From an uncultured archaeon (lineage in GTDB: Archaea > Asgardarchaeota > Lokiarchaeia > Sigyniarchaeales > SOKP01), in the NCBI GenBank assembly GCA_964486045.1, contig CAZALK010000005.1, forward strand, positions 32,001 through 96,000: 64,000 nucleotides of DNA. Reading direction: 5' to 3'. The notes under the pieces are model-generated. The model was not told where the DNA came from. It worked only from the letters and a program-made list of their open reading frames with translations, and did no database searches. This document shows positions 20,127 to 30,737 of the stretch, piece by piece. Within the stretch, counting starts at the first letter, position 1. Every line of letters starts with the position of its first letter. A program made the position numbers and the translations under genes.

Positions 20127-21425
20127 ATGAGATATATTAGAGATCAGTTAGAAGCTCAACGTTTTATAAAGAATTTAAGTGGTAAAACCAAATTTATTAT
20201 TTCAAGAAATTCACGAGCTATAGGGCTTTCTAGACAAACATATCAAAACAAACTTGACCGTTTGAGAGATCAACAAATAATTACCAATTTTACCATTAAT
20301 ATTAATCCAAGTCTTCATCCAAATAATCTGAAATATGTAATGCTTGAAATCAAAACCAACCCTCAAGAACCGGAATTGGTGAAAAATCTATTAGAAATAC
20401 CTCATTTAAGAATGTTGGATGGGATTATTGGAGATTTTTCTTTATTCGCCTTATTTATCTTTAATTCCCCTGAAGAATATTACCAGATATTAAATACGAT
20501 TGATAAAATAATGTCTAAATCATATTTTAAAAAATATCAAATAATTGACACCATTAAGGTTTTTAAAACAAATGGGATTAGTCTTAAGAACTCAAAAATG
20601 TCTATTGAAGAAGCTCTTCTTCAAAAACTTTTAGATCAATTAATTGATAAAATAAAAGAAAAACAAGTCTATGAAAGCGAAAATATAATAATAGAAATTT
20701 CAGAAAGAATTGATTTAAATCAAATTGCTCAAAACAATGCAGATATTGAGTATAATCCCGAGAGATTCCCAGGGATTGTAATTAGAATTGAAAATCACCC
20801 CACAACAATTTTAATCTTCTCAAATGGCAAAATGGTTGTGAATGGTTTAAAGAATGCAACAGAAGCAGAGCTCGTTACAGATAAAATAATTGAAATTAGA
20901 AATAAAATTGGATTAAAATTAGATAAAAGAAACAAAGGCTTAAATTTTGAATTAGACAGTATTGATTTTAATATTTTAAAAATATTACGAGATGGTCAAG
21001 GGCTAAAACCAATATCTACTTATGAAATACGCAAAATATTTGAGGAAAAACTTAAAATAGAAATTTCTCAATCAACTATTCATAACAGAATTAAAAAACT
21101 TGAAAGAGAAAGCATTATCTTAAATTATAATGTAAATTTTAATCCAAAAAAAATTGGTTTTAAAGGAAAATATCTCCTTCGAATTAAACCAAAAGATCCT
21201 TCAAAGTACAATGAGCTTGCGTTAAGGTTGGATATGAATAAAAATATAACTGATTTATTTCGAATAGGTGAACAATATGGACTTTTCGCTATAGTAAGAG
21301 TAAAAAAAATTGAAGATTATGCGATTTTTATCAAGGATTTATATAACTCGGATGAAATCGAGGATACTTATACAAATTTTGTATTGGATGAGTTAATTTC
21401 TTACACTAATTTTATAATATCATAG
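20127..21425 (+). CDS. Tandem Lrp/AsnC regulator with inserted single TBP-like repeat
   Basis: Two wHTH+RAM units (GLSRQTYQNKLDRL; LDSIDFNILKIL..SQSTIHNRIKKLE) flank IDLNQIA..EYNPERFPGIVIR..ILIFSNGKMVVNG. Confidence 0.85.
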   Translation: MRYIRDQLEAQRFIKNLSGKTKFIISRNSRAIGLSRQTYQNKLDRLRDQQIITNFTININPSLHPNNLKYVMLEIKTNPQEPELVKNLLEIPHLRMLDGIIGDFSLFALFIFNSPEEYYQILNTIDKIMSKSYFKKYQIIDTIKVFKTNGISLKNSKMSIEEALLQKLLDQLIDKIKEKQVYESENIIIEISERIDLNQIAQNNADIEYNPERFPGIVIRIENHPTTILIFSNGKMVVNGLKNATEAELVTDKIIEIRNKIGLKLDKRNKGLNFELDSIDFNILKILRDGQGLKPISTYEIRKIFEEKLKIEISQSTIHNRIKKLERESIILNYNVNFNPKKIGFKGKYLLRIKPKDPSKYNELALRLDMNKNITDLFRIGEQYGLFAIVRVKKIEDYAIFIKDLYNSDEIEDTYTNFVLDELISYTNFIIS

Positions 21426-21583
21426 AGAATAAGAGATAGTAAAAGGATTCTTTTTTAATTGTTTAATGCATTCTTCAATTATCGAAAAATTTCTTTTTCC
21501 TAAATTCTTAATAATTTTGGCTGATTAGAGAACTTAAGCTGAACAAATTTAATTCGATAAATTAATCCTTCTTATTAAAAAGA

Positions 21584-23665
21584 ATGAGCAATTTTTTTGA
21601 ACTCTTGGAAAATAGAATTGGTTTTTCAAGAATTGGTAGGATAAATTTATCTAAAGAGAGGAAACTCTATATAAGGACACCAAATGTCACTATTCCAATT
21701 AAGAATGTCTTGATGAAACAGTTTAGCTTCATACAAGAATTTGAAAATCACGACTTATTCATTATATCAAAAGAAATTTTCTTGAAGATAGGTTTTCTTA
21801 GAGAAAAATTCAAAAATACTGGTTTTATTTTTTCCAATCCAGGTACATTTGAAAAATACGAGAAGATTTTAAGAAAAAATGAAGAAATTTTTACCAAAGA
21901 TAATGTTTTATCGATTATCCCTTTCAATTTTCCCTCAACAGCAATAGGAATAGATTTTGCAAGAAGAGAAGTCAGGTTTTATCTTTCTAATGCTACCAAA
22001 ATATTAAAAACTTATTCTAAAATTAATTTTGGTTTATCAATTAGGCTTTATGGTTATTCAGAGTTAATTCACCTTTATATTCCAACAATTAAGGAGTACG
22101 AAAATATAAAAATCCTAAATTTAGTTGATCTATTTGATAATTTCAACAATTTCAGGAATATTATTAACATTCTTGTTGAAATCAAAACACAATTGGATAA
22201 TAATATAGTTATCATGGCTTCTGGGAAAATAATTCCTAAATATTATCCTATATTAGTATATTTGGGGATAGATTTAATTGATTCCTCCTTTTTATTATAC
22301 AAGTCGGCTGAAAATTTGTATGATACCATCGAGTATTTTCTTCCAAGATATAAAGTTAAATATTTGCCTTGTTCTTGCGTTGCATGCAAAGGAAATTTGA
22401 AAAACCTTGTTAGTTCTAGATATTCAAGCGAAATGTTAGATTTACTTTGCTTACATAACCTAATTGTAGCCCTTAATTACATGATGAAAATCAAACAATA
22501 CTTACGTTATGAAGATTATAGGGGATTCGTTGAAAAGTCATCTCTTGATGATATTGCCTTAATTTCAATGTTAAAAATCTTGGATAAAGATTACTTTAAT
22601 CTTATTCGGTTTGAAACACCTATCTCCCAAAAAAATAAAAAGATTAATTGCCTAGGACCTTCTTCATATAATCGACCAGATTTTAGAGAATTTAGGCAAA
22701 GATCGGTTAAAAGTTTTGAACCAGAACCATGGACCACTATGATTATTGTATTACCTTGTTCTGCTAAAAAACCTTATTCATTATCAAAATCACATAAATT
22801 TTTTCATAGTGTACTTAGAAAGTTTCGCGAATTTGCAAATTTTCAAGAAATTATTCTAACATCCCCACTTGGAGCTATTCCGAGACAATTAGAGAACGTA
22901 TATCCAGTTAACTCATATGATATATCTGTAACTGGTGATTGGGATGACGCTGAAAAAGAAATAACGTCAGAAATGTTACACCAAATTGTAACAAAATATA
23001 ATGAAAATATTCCAATAATTTGCCATCTTGAGGGTGATTACCTTGATATCGCTGATATAGTTAATTCTAAATTACCGCATAATTTTTATTTTACAAAAGT
23101 TAATGGGAAAGTGACCTCTAAAGAATCTCTTAAATCACTTGAATCATTAGTAAAGCAGCATATAAGTGATTTTAGATCTTTAAAACCATTACCTGAAGGT
23201 AATTATTTATCTAATACTTGGATTAGAAAATTAATAAAAATATTAGATTATCAATTTGGTGAGGGATCAGGATTGAATATTATTAGAAACGAATTAGCTC
23301 CCCTCAAATTTAATTCTAATTCACAAATTAATTTGATTGATTTAATATCTAAAGAAAAAATAGGAGTCTTCAAAACTCTATCAGGTCAAATATGTTTGAC
23401 AATACAAGGTTTGAAAAGAATGGTTCAATCACCGTTTTCTATTGATTCAAATATTATCGTTTTTGATGGGCAAGAAATTCAGGGTAACAATCTATTTCGG
23501 CAAGGTATTTTAGATTTCAGCTCAGATTTGATCTCTAATAATTATGCTATCATTATTGATAAAGAAAAAAAGGAGATAATTGGAACCGGGAAACTAATTG
23601 TAGGCTCAAATTTTATAAAAAATTCTAAAACAGGAAGGATTGCTGAAATTAATGAAAAAAAATAG
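21584..23665 (+). CDS. arcS: Archaeosine synthase subunit ArcS (TGT-like + DUF5591 + PUA)
   Basis: CSCVAC..HNL, LPCSAKKPYSLSKSH, LTSPLGAIPRQLE..YP...YDISVTGDW, DYQFG; adjacent to RaSEA. Confidence 0.9.
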   Translation: MSNFFELLENRIGFSRIGRINLSKERKLYIRTPNVTIPIKNVLMKQFSFIQEFENHDLFIISKEIFLKIGFLREKFKNTGFIFSNPGTFEKYEKILRKNEEIFTKDNVLSIIPFNFPSTAIGIDFARREVRFYLSNATKILKTYSKINFGLSIRLYGYSELIHLYIPTIKEYENIKILNLVDLFDNFNNFRNIINILVEIKTQLDNNIVIMASGKIIPKYYPILVYLGIDLIDSSFLLYKSAENLYDTIEYFLPRYKVKYLPCSCVACKGNLKNLVSSRYSSEMLDLLCLHNLIVALNYMMKIKQYLRYEDYRGFVEKSSLDDIALISMLKILDKDYFNLIRFETPISQKNKKINCLGPSSYNRPDFREFRQRSVKSFEPEPWTTMIIVLPCSAKKPYSLSKSHKFFHSVLRKFREFANFQEIILTSPLGAIPRQLENVYPVNSYDISVTGDWDDAEKEITSEMLHQIVTKYNENIPIICHLEGDYLDIADIVNSKLPHNFYFTKVNGKVTSKESLKSLESLVKQHISDFRSLKPLPEGNYLSNTWIRKLIKILDYQFGEGSGLNIIRNELAPLKFNSNSQINLIDLISKEKIGVFKTLSGQICLTIQGLKRMVQSPFSIDSNIIVFDGQEIQGNNLFRQGILDFSSDLISNNYAIIIDKEKKEIIGTGKLIVGSNFIKNSKTGRIAEINEKK

Positions 23666-24752
23666 CATTACTGACGATTACAAAACAAAAATCTCTGAGA
23701 AAATAAAGTCTATAAGACTAAGGTCTTTGAACAAAAGGAAAAGAATTAGCAGAAAAGATCTTGATCGTCCTGTAAGTTTTTGGATTAAAAAAGACAGACT
23801 TGTCAATGAAGTTGGGAAAGAATTAACTATTATTCTAAGAACAAAAGGATGTAGTTGGGCTTTAGGTGAAACTGGAGGATGTTCTATGTGTGGTTATGTT
23901 CAAGATGCGAATATTGAAGAAGTTAATCAAAATCATATTCGAAATCAAATTGATTTTGTTTTAAACAACAAAATTAAGGAAATTTCAGAAGCTAATGAAA
24001 ATTTTGTAATAAAAATATTCAATTCAGGGAGTTTTTTTGATGAGAACGAGATTTCTGAAGAAACTAAACAATACATTTATGAAAAGGTAGCAAACATTGA
24101 TAATTTAAAAGAATTCATTATAGAGAGTCGACCAGAATTCATAAAATCTGAAAATCTTAAGGAATTAAAAGATTATCTAAAAGGAAAGTACGTAGAAATT
24201 GCAATAGGACTTGAGACTGTTAATGATTATATCAGAAATTATTACATAAACAAGGGAATGACATATGAAGATTTTATAAATGTATTTAAAATTTGTAAAG
24301 ATAATAGAATGGGTGTAAAAGCTTATTTATTGCTTAAACCTCCATTTCTTAATGAGGCAGGAGCAATAGATGATTGTGTAAATTCTATTAAAAATTTAGT
24401 TAAGTTAAAAGTCAATACAATATCTATTAACCCTCTAAATATCCAGAGAGGAACTCTAGCAGAGTACTTATGGTACAATAATAAATATCGCCCTCCTTGG
24501 TTTCATTCACTTTTTAAAGTTATAAAAAAATCAATATCTCAAAATGACCTTTTAAATGTAAGACTATTATCTGATCCTTCTGGAGCTGGAACAAAAAGAG
24601 GTATTCATAATTGTTTAAAAAGGGAATGTGAAAAAGCCGCTAAAAGAAGTCTACAAAAATTTGTATTCTCTCAAGAATTAGGTACATTAGACAATAATAA
24701 CTTTGAATGCGAGTGTAAAAGAAAATATCAGCTTCAAAAACATTTATATTAA
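23652..24752 (+). CDS. Archaeosine biosynthesis radical SAM enzyme RaSEA
   Basis: ILRTKGCSWA..GGCSMCGY, KIFNSGSFFD, ESRPEF, KAYLLLKPPFL, YRPPW, GIHNC; overlaps the arcS stop. Confidence 0.92.
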   Translation: MKKNSITDDYKTKISEKIKSIRLRSLNKRKRISRKDLDRPVSFWIKKDRLVNEVGKELTIILRTKGCSWALGETGGCSMCGYVQDANIEEVNQNHIRNQIDFVLNNKIKEISEANENFVIKIFNSGSFFDENEISEETKQYIYEKVANIDNLKEFIIESRPEFIKSENLKELKDYLKGKYVEIAIGLETVNDYIRNYYINKGMTYEDFINVFKICKDNRMGVKAYLLLKPPFLNEAGAIDDCVNSIKNLVKLKVNTISINPLNIQRGTLAEYLWYNNKYRPPWFHSLFKVIKKSISQNDLLNVRLLSDPSGAGTKRGIHNCLKRECEKAAKRSLQKFVFSQELGTLDNNNFECECKRKYQLQKHLY

Positions 24753-24966
24753 AAATTACTCCATACAAAATTTTGATTTAATAAACATTTTGATACTAAG
24801 TGAATATTATTTCTATCTTCATCCTTGAGCTTATTATTGATGCCAATAACCTCTTTTATGTATTACCCATTTTTGCAACAATATATAGTGAAAAACATTA
24901 TATTTAAATATGAGCTACCATCTTTAATTTTAAATTAAATTTTCATCTGCTTAGCAAGAGGATCTC

Positions 24967-25221
24967 TTGAAAAAAAAATGGGTTAAATTAAACCTATTCT
25001 ATATTGGACAATCAGCAAAAAGGCATCAAATCTTCAGAGTAAAACAATGGAATAGCAGTCTTGAAAGAATTTTAAAACAACTTTTATACGATGAGAACTA
25101 TAAAGTTATAGGTTTTATACAAGATATTTTTGGTCCAATTAACCTGCCATTTATTTCAATTAAAACTCTTCCAAATTCACAATTTGATCCCAATTTAAAG
25201 TTTTACACAAAATTAACTTAA
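24967..25221 (+). CDS. Gar1/Naf1-family H/ACA RNP protein
   Basis: [19 protein letters not shown]; usual gar1-tfb adjacency. Confidence 0.8.
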   Translation: MKKKWVKLNLFYIGQSAKRHQIFRVKQWNSSLERILKQLLYDENYKVIGFIQDIFGPINLPFISIKTLPNSQFDPNLKFYTKLT

Positions 25222-25256
25222 ATTTTAAACAGTCTTTAAAGCAAGATATAAATTTT

Positions 25257-26246
25257 TTGATTAAAAAGGTGGTATCGATTTCAAGTTGGAGAGAAATAAA
25301 CTCGGTTTCAATTGAATTTTTTAGTGTAGAGAGTAATAAGTGCATAGAATGCGGGAAGAATATATTTTTTGATGAAAACAGAGGTTTGCTAGTTTGTGAA
25401 GACTGCGGTTTAGTTCACTCTGAAAAACATATTGATCGGGGTCCAGAATGGAGAGCATTTGATGCAGATCAGAAGAAGAAGAGAACTAGAACAGGCGCAC
25501 CTATGACATATATGATTCACGATAAGGGACTTAGCACTATGATAGACTGGAAAAATAGAGATATCTTTGGAAAGGAAATCCCCGCGAAATTAAGGGGTCA
25601 AATATATCGCCTTCGAAAGTGGCAGAGCCGAATTAGAGTATCAGATGCAACTGAAAGAAATCTTACGTTCGCTCTTAGTGAACTTGATAGAATGGCATCA
25701 AATCTTGATCTTCAACAAAATCTAAGAGAGGGTGCTGCAAAAATTTATCGGGATGCTGTCAACGCCCATTTAATTCGTGGTAGGAGTATTGAGGGTGTTG
25801 CGGCAGCAAGTTTATATGCAGCATGCAGAATGTATAAAGTACCACGAACTCTAAACGAAATTGCTGAAGTCGCTCGTGTCGAGAAGAAGGAAATCAGTCG
25901 TTCGTTTCGATTTATTTCAACGGAGTTAGAGCTGAGTCTAAATCCAACTAAACCAATGGATTTTCTTACAAGGTTCATTTCAGAATTAGATTTATCTGCA
26001 GAATGCCAAAAAATTGCAAAACAAGTTATTAGAATGGCAGAAGACAGAGGATTAACGTCAGGTAGAGGCCCCACAGGTGTTTGTGCCGCTGCAATTTATG
26101 TTTCAAGCATTATCACTAATGAACGGAGAACTCAGAGAAGTATAGCTCGTGTCAGTTGTGTAACAGAGGTAACTGTCCGAAATCGTTTTAGTGAGCTTGT
26201 TGAAAACCTAAATCTAGGTATTTCATTAAAGAGAACCAATAAATGA
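25257..26246 (+). CDS. tfb: Transcription initiation factor IIB
   Basis: CIECG..VCEDCG ribbon, [39 protein letters not shown]. Confidence 0.98.
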   Translation: MIKKVVSISSWREINSVSIEFFSVESNKCIECGKNIFFDENRGLLVCEDCGLVHSEKHIDRGPEWRAFDADQKKKRTRTGAPMTYMIHDKGLSTMIDWKNRDIFGKEIPAKLRGQIYRLRKWQSRIRVSDATERNLTFALSELDRMASNLDLQQNLREGAAKIYRDAVNAHLIRGRSIEGVAAASLYAACRMYKVPRTLNEIAEVARVEKKEISRSFRFISTELELSLNPTKPMDFLTRFISELDLSAECQKIAKQVIRMAEDRGLTSGRGPTGVCAAAIYVSSIITNERRTQRSIARVSCVTEVTVRNRFSELVENLNLGISLKRTNK

Positions 26247-26440
26247 TTACTTTCTTCTTAATTAGATTTGGATGTCACAAAAATAATATTTTAACAAAAT
26301 GGTTTTTTGTTAAGTTAATTAAAAATCATTTCAAATCTCAAGCTCTAAGCGTATTATCTCCATCATATACCATTTAATGACCTAATTTTTTTATTTTTTA
26401 ATTATTAACTTGAAAAATTGATAGATTAGGTGTTATAAAA

Positions 26441-26776
26441 TTGGGTAATATACTAAATCAAGATGAGGTTAATTATTTCTTACAAAGGATAGAAAAAAAC
26501 TTCCCAAATTTTGTAGCAGGAATTATAACTGATAAACATGGTTTTCCTTTAGCGAGTAAAATATCTAAGAAACTATGGGTGCTTGAAAACACATTAGCGT
26601 TATCAGCAATTACAAAAAATCGCGATTTTATAGAGGACTCTAAATTGGTACAAATCAAGCGAGATTTGGATAAGAATAAAAACTACAGATTAATGATTTT
26701 ATTAGAAAAGTCTAAATATCACAAAAATCGTTTAAAACCTCTAAAAACCTTAATTAAAAGCCAGGATCTTTTCTAA
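26441..26776 (+). CDS. Roadblock/LC7-like protein
   Basis: FVAGIITDKHGFPLASKI...LALSAI. Confidence 0.6.
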   Translation: MGNILNQDEVNYFLQRIEKNFPNFVAGIITDKHGFPLASKISKKLWVLENTLALSAITKNRDFIEDSKLVQIKRDLDKNKNYRLMILLEKSKYHKNRLKPLKTLIKSQDLF

Positions 26777-26983
26777 GATTGTGATCAGCAAGAACACAAG
26801 AAATAGAGTTTTTTATTGCGAGCCGTAGAAAAACAATTAGTTTGCTAAAATTTTTATATATAAAATTTCATCATTAACTAAATAAGGTTTGAGAAAAAAT
26901 ATATCGTTAGGTTTTAATAAATAGTGTTAAAATCTAAGAAAACCATTTTATAGAGATACCACACTTATTAGGTTGACAAATTT

Positions 26984-27451
26984 TTGAGTTTTTCAGAAGA
27001 TGAGTTAAAATTAAAGAAAGTATTAAATAATATTATTAATAGCACTCCTGGATTGAAATATGCAGTAATTGTTGACGATACAGGAATTACTATTCTGAGT
27101 CAATCTAAATTTACTTTTTCTGATAATAATGCTATATCTATTGAAAAAATTGGTGCAATTGGAGGAGCTGTCTTTGTTGCCGGTGAAGAACAAGGTCACA
27201 TTTTAGGATATGGAAATATTTCCCTACAAATTACAGAATATTTTGAAGGAATGATCTTTTCGATGAAAGTGGGTAAAGGAGTTTTATGTATAGCTACTGA
27301 TAAAAAAGTTCAAATTGGATTCATTATCGCTACAATGAAAAAACATGCATCCCGTATTGCTGCAATCCTAAATCAGTATTTACAAGTAGACCAGGGTGAA
27401 ATGAGTGAAGAAATCAAAGAATTGTTTAGATCTGATTTTATTGGATTATAG
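26984..27451 (+). CDS. Roadblock/LC7 (MglB/LAMTOR-like) protein
   Basis: GLKYAVIVDDTGITILS..KIGAIGGAVF..GE...LG. Confidence 0.85.
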   Translation: MSFSEDELKLKKVLNNIINSTPGLKYAVIVDDTGITILSQSKFTFSDNNAISIEKIGAIGGAVFVAGEEQGHILGYGNISLQITEYFEGMIFSMKVGKGVLCIATDKKVQIGFIIATMKKHASRIAAILNQYLQVDQGEMSEEIKELFRSDFIGL

Positions 27452-27570
27452 TAAAAGAAAAAAATAACCTTGATGGCACCGAGGAGAACCAAAGATAATT
27501 CACAAAAAGTAAAGTTTTCTGAATTAAAATAATTTTAAATTTTGATAATTCATATTTTAATAAACTTCTG

Positions 27571-28080
27571 GTGAGTTTTTATTTGCATTTAGTTTTATCT
27601 TACTTTGATGGAATTCTGGGTCCAAGTGTGTTACTTTCCTACCCAGATGTAGTTTTAGAAGAAGATCTCATAAATAAGCTCAAGAAGTTTTTTGACTTAG
27701 AAATCGATGAAACATTTTTCGAAATCATTCTAATTACAAAAAAAAAAAAAATTATCAATTTTCATTTTGAAATACCGTCTGAGTGGGCTCGTGGTAAGAA
27801 AGAATTTGCTATGCTCTCTCTAATAATGAAATTAGATTATAAAAGTGAAGATCTTTATGCCTTTTTAGTTGATTCTTCATATAAAATTCTTAAAACCAAA
27901 AATGTGTATAAAGCATTTTATAAGTTTGATGAATTTCGCGACAACGATATAGAAATCGACTTAAACTATGAGATAATAAGAAAAATTCTCTTTAATTGCC
28001 TAAAAAGCTTAATTCTAAGAATAGAAGATAAGATTAAGGGTGTAAATAAAAAAGAACCCTTCCCTTTTTCCAAATTATGA
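27571..28080 (+). CDS. Longin/uDENN-like domain protein
   Basis: LVLSYFDGILGPSVLLSYP resembles the uDENN/longin first strands; FEIPSEWARG.KE. Confidence 0.55.
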   Translation: MSFYLHLVLSYFDGILGPSVLLSYPDVVLEEDLINKLKKFFDLEIDETFFEIILITKKKKIINFHFEIPSEWARGKKEFAMLSLIMKLDYKSEDLYAFLVDSSYKILKTKNVYKAFYKFDEFRDNDIEIDLNYEIIRKILFNCLKSLILRIEDKIKGVNKKEPFPFSKL

Positions 28081-28269
28081 AAAATTTTATAATCTAATTT
28101 TTCTACTATAATATTGGGAGTACAATGATGGAAAATATGCGCTTTCGAGGACTCATATGACCAAAAAATGATTATGCAGTGCAAAACAGCGCGAAAATCC
28201 AGAGTCTAATAATCAATATATGCAAGAACAATATGGGCTCTTATCTTAGCAAAGGTATACACCAAAGCA

Positions 28270-28335
28270 ATGAGGATTGAGTCAGAAATCCCTATATTGC
28301 AGACATGATTATGTCCCAAATGTGCAAATGCCTGA
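28270..28335 (+). ncRNA. Candidate box C/D sRNA
   Basis: ATGAGGA (C) ... CAGA (D') c ATGATTA (C') ... CTGA (D) in an ORF-free interval. Confidence 0.4.
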
Positions 28336-28513
28336 CACGAGAGAACATCTTTGATTTAAATGGATATACCTTAAGATGAAAAAGATTGTGTTAGTGTTTC
28401 AGGCAACAATTTTTCATATAGTCTTAAATTTTTTTTGTATTTACACTAGGCATTCTTAGCAAATCTGATAATGCAAACCTATCTTTACCATGAGAAAAAA
28501 TTAATTTAGTATT

Positions 28514-29113
28514 ATGAATATAATATTTTTCATTAAATCAGCTACAGTCTCCCTTGAAAACTATAATATTAAGGATATTCCTGGATCTTCTGGTCGATTG
28601 GACGTAATTTCAAGATGTATTCTTTCAGCAATACTAAGTAATAATGAATTTGAACGAAATATTCAGATATGGGTATTTTTAGATCGTTATGGTACATTTA
28701 TTTTTGATCCAGAGTTCTTCAATTATGAAACTTTCCCTAAAAATGAGTTACTCTTTACAGATTATTTTGTTGATCTCTTGAAAAAATATCCTACCCACAA
28801 AAATCCTCATCTTAATCCATTGAACTCAGTAAAAAGATCAAAAATGGGCATTTTAGAAGGGATAACACACTTTAAAAAGTTAAAATATGAAATATTTGTA
28901 CTAAAGGAAGGTTGTAAAGATTTCTTTAAATTAAGAAATGACATTCTACGGATGAATAGTATTATATTTATCCTTGGTAGCCAAGTGGATGAATTTCTTG
29001 ATTCAAAAGAATTATTAGAATTAAAAATTCCAACTATAAGCATTGGTTTTCAATCTTACTTAGCATCTTCTGTAATCCGATTATTGAAATTACATATATT
29101 AGCTTTACCATAA
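28514..29113 (+). CDS. trmY: tRNA (pseudouridine54-N1)-methyltransferase
   Basis: DIPGSSGRLDVISRCI, LKEG, FILG, ISIG..SYLASSVI SPOUT motifs. Confidence 0.85.
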   Translation: MNIIFFIKSATVSLENYNIKDIPGSSGRLDVISRCILSAILSNNEFERNIQIWVFLDRYGTFIFDPEFFNYETFPKNELLFTDYFVDLLKKYPTHKNPHLNPLNSVKRSKMGILEGITHFKKLKYEIFVLKEGCKDFFKLRNDILRMNSIIFILGSQVDEFLDSKELLELKIPTISIGFQSYLASSVIRLLKLHILALP

Positions 29114-29181
29114 ATTTTTATTATAAAGAAATTTTAAAGATAATAATCCTAGAGTTAAGAATTTAAGGATTTAGAAAGAAA

Positions 29182-29901
29182 GTGAATGACGAAGAAGAAT
29201 CAACAAAAAGAACTCGACAGAGAGAATTTTCAAATAGATTCATAAAAATTCCCGTAGATTTTCTAATTAAGCACAATTTTACTCCTAATAAGATCTCATT
29301 AATAGGATTCATATTATCCTCAATTGGGTCATTTTTAATAGCTATTGGTTGGATGTATGCTTCAATTTGGTTTTCTTGGATAGTACCTGTTTTTATTGGG
29401 TTAGCGGGTACTTTTGACCTCCTTGATGGAGAAGTGGCAAGAAGAACTGGTCATGAAACTCCGGCTGGAGCATATCTAGATTCAAATTTAGATAGACTTT
29501 CTGATGCTGTACTTATTTTAGGTTTTATTTATGGAGGTTTGATTGATTATTTATTAGGTTACATAATTTTGTTCTTAGTTATAATGATTTCTTATACACG
29601 TTCAAGAGCTGAGAATGAAGGAGTTGATATGAAAGGAATCGGATTTATGGAACGAGCTGAACGAGTATTATTTTTAATATTTACAATAATAATAGAATTG
29701 ATCTTTTATTTTTCAACCTTGCTCATATTTGGTAAACCGATAACAATTTCTATCCCATTTATATCAGGAGGGCCAGTCACACCAATTTTTCTTATAGGCA
29801 TTATTATTTTTGTAGTTTCATTAATCTACACAATCATACAGAGATTAAGTTTTGCCTCTAGGAATTTAAAGAACAGAAGCCTAAACGAAGAGGAAATTTA
29901 A
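29182..29901 (+). CDS. CDP-alcohol phosphatidyltransferase (archaetidylinositol-phosphate synthase-like)
   Basis: TPNKIS, DLLDGEVAR...GAYLDSNLDRLSD, SYTRSRAE, GFMERAER. Confidence 0.92.
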   Translation: MNDEEESTKRTRQREFSNRFIKIPVDFLIKHNFTPNKISLIGFILSSIGSFLIAIGWMYASIWFSWIVPVFIGLAGTFDLLDGEVARRTGHETPAGAYLDSNLDRLSDAVLILGFIYGGLIDYLLGYIILFLVIMISYTRSRAENEGVDMKGIGFMERAERVLFLIFTIIIELIFYFSTLLIFGKPITISIPFISGGPVTPIFLIGIIIFVVSLIYTIIQRLSFASRNLKNRSLNEEEI

Positions 29902-30041
29902 TTTAAGTGCAATAAAACGTCCAATTAACTCAAGTGAAGGTTAATTTCGTAATTTTTCGAGACCAAAGAAAAAATTTTTAAGTTTTAAACAATTGACAAA
30001 TGTAAAGATTATTCATAAAAAATTAAAGCAAGCTGATATTT

Positions 30042-30314
30042 ATTCCTAAAAAAAGAAAAAGTGGCGGAAAAACAGGTTCTAGAAAAGGACAATATAGTAA
30101 AGTTCAATGTACAAAGTGCGGTCGGACTGTTGCTCGTAGTAAAGCTAAAGCTGTTACAAGAAGAGTCTCTTTAGTTGATTCTCGGATGTATGCTGAATTA
30201 AAAAAAACAGGAACGATCATACAAACTCCCACTAAGACGAAGTATTATTGTATTTCATGTGCAGTGCACAGTCATCAAATTTCGCAGAGAGATAAGAGGA
30301 CAAGGAAAGGTTAA
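30042..30314 (+). CDS. rps26e: 30S ribosomal protein S26e (ATT start; not in ORF track)
   Basis: (I/M)PKKRKSGG..VQCTKCGRTVARSKAK..YYCISCAVHSH; in-frame TAA at 30024 with no ATG/GTG/TTG after it. Confidence 0.95.
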   Translation: MPKKRKSGGKTGSRKGQYSKVQCTKCGRTVARSKAKAVTRRVSLVDSRMYAELKKTGTIIQTPTKTKYYCISCAVHSHQISQRDKRTRKG

Positions 30315-30737
30315 CGTATTTTCTTACATTTCGAGCAGTTTCCTAACATATTTGCATAAATTTGGAACTAAATTAATTGATGATGAGTAATTAAATTGGT
30401 TTAGTTTTAGTGTATGAACCTAATGACTAAACAGATAAAATAGCAATATAAATTATATTTCCGATTAATTCCTTAACACTTAATATTATTGTGGGTTATA
30501 TTTGTTCCAATCCCATTTTTTTTCGACTAATTCTAAGATGTCATCAGGAACTTCTTCAGAAATTCTATCTCTGGTGGGAATCGTGATCGATAAGATAATC
30601 TTAATCTATCTAAAAAGATTTTTCTAATTTAACCTTAAAATATAGGTTTTGATTATATTAGTATAAGCCTTTAAACTTAAATTCATAGAACCTTTATCAT
30701 TTAATATAATTCTTAATTCTGTCGCAGTTATAAAAAA

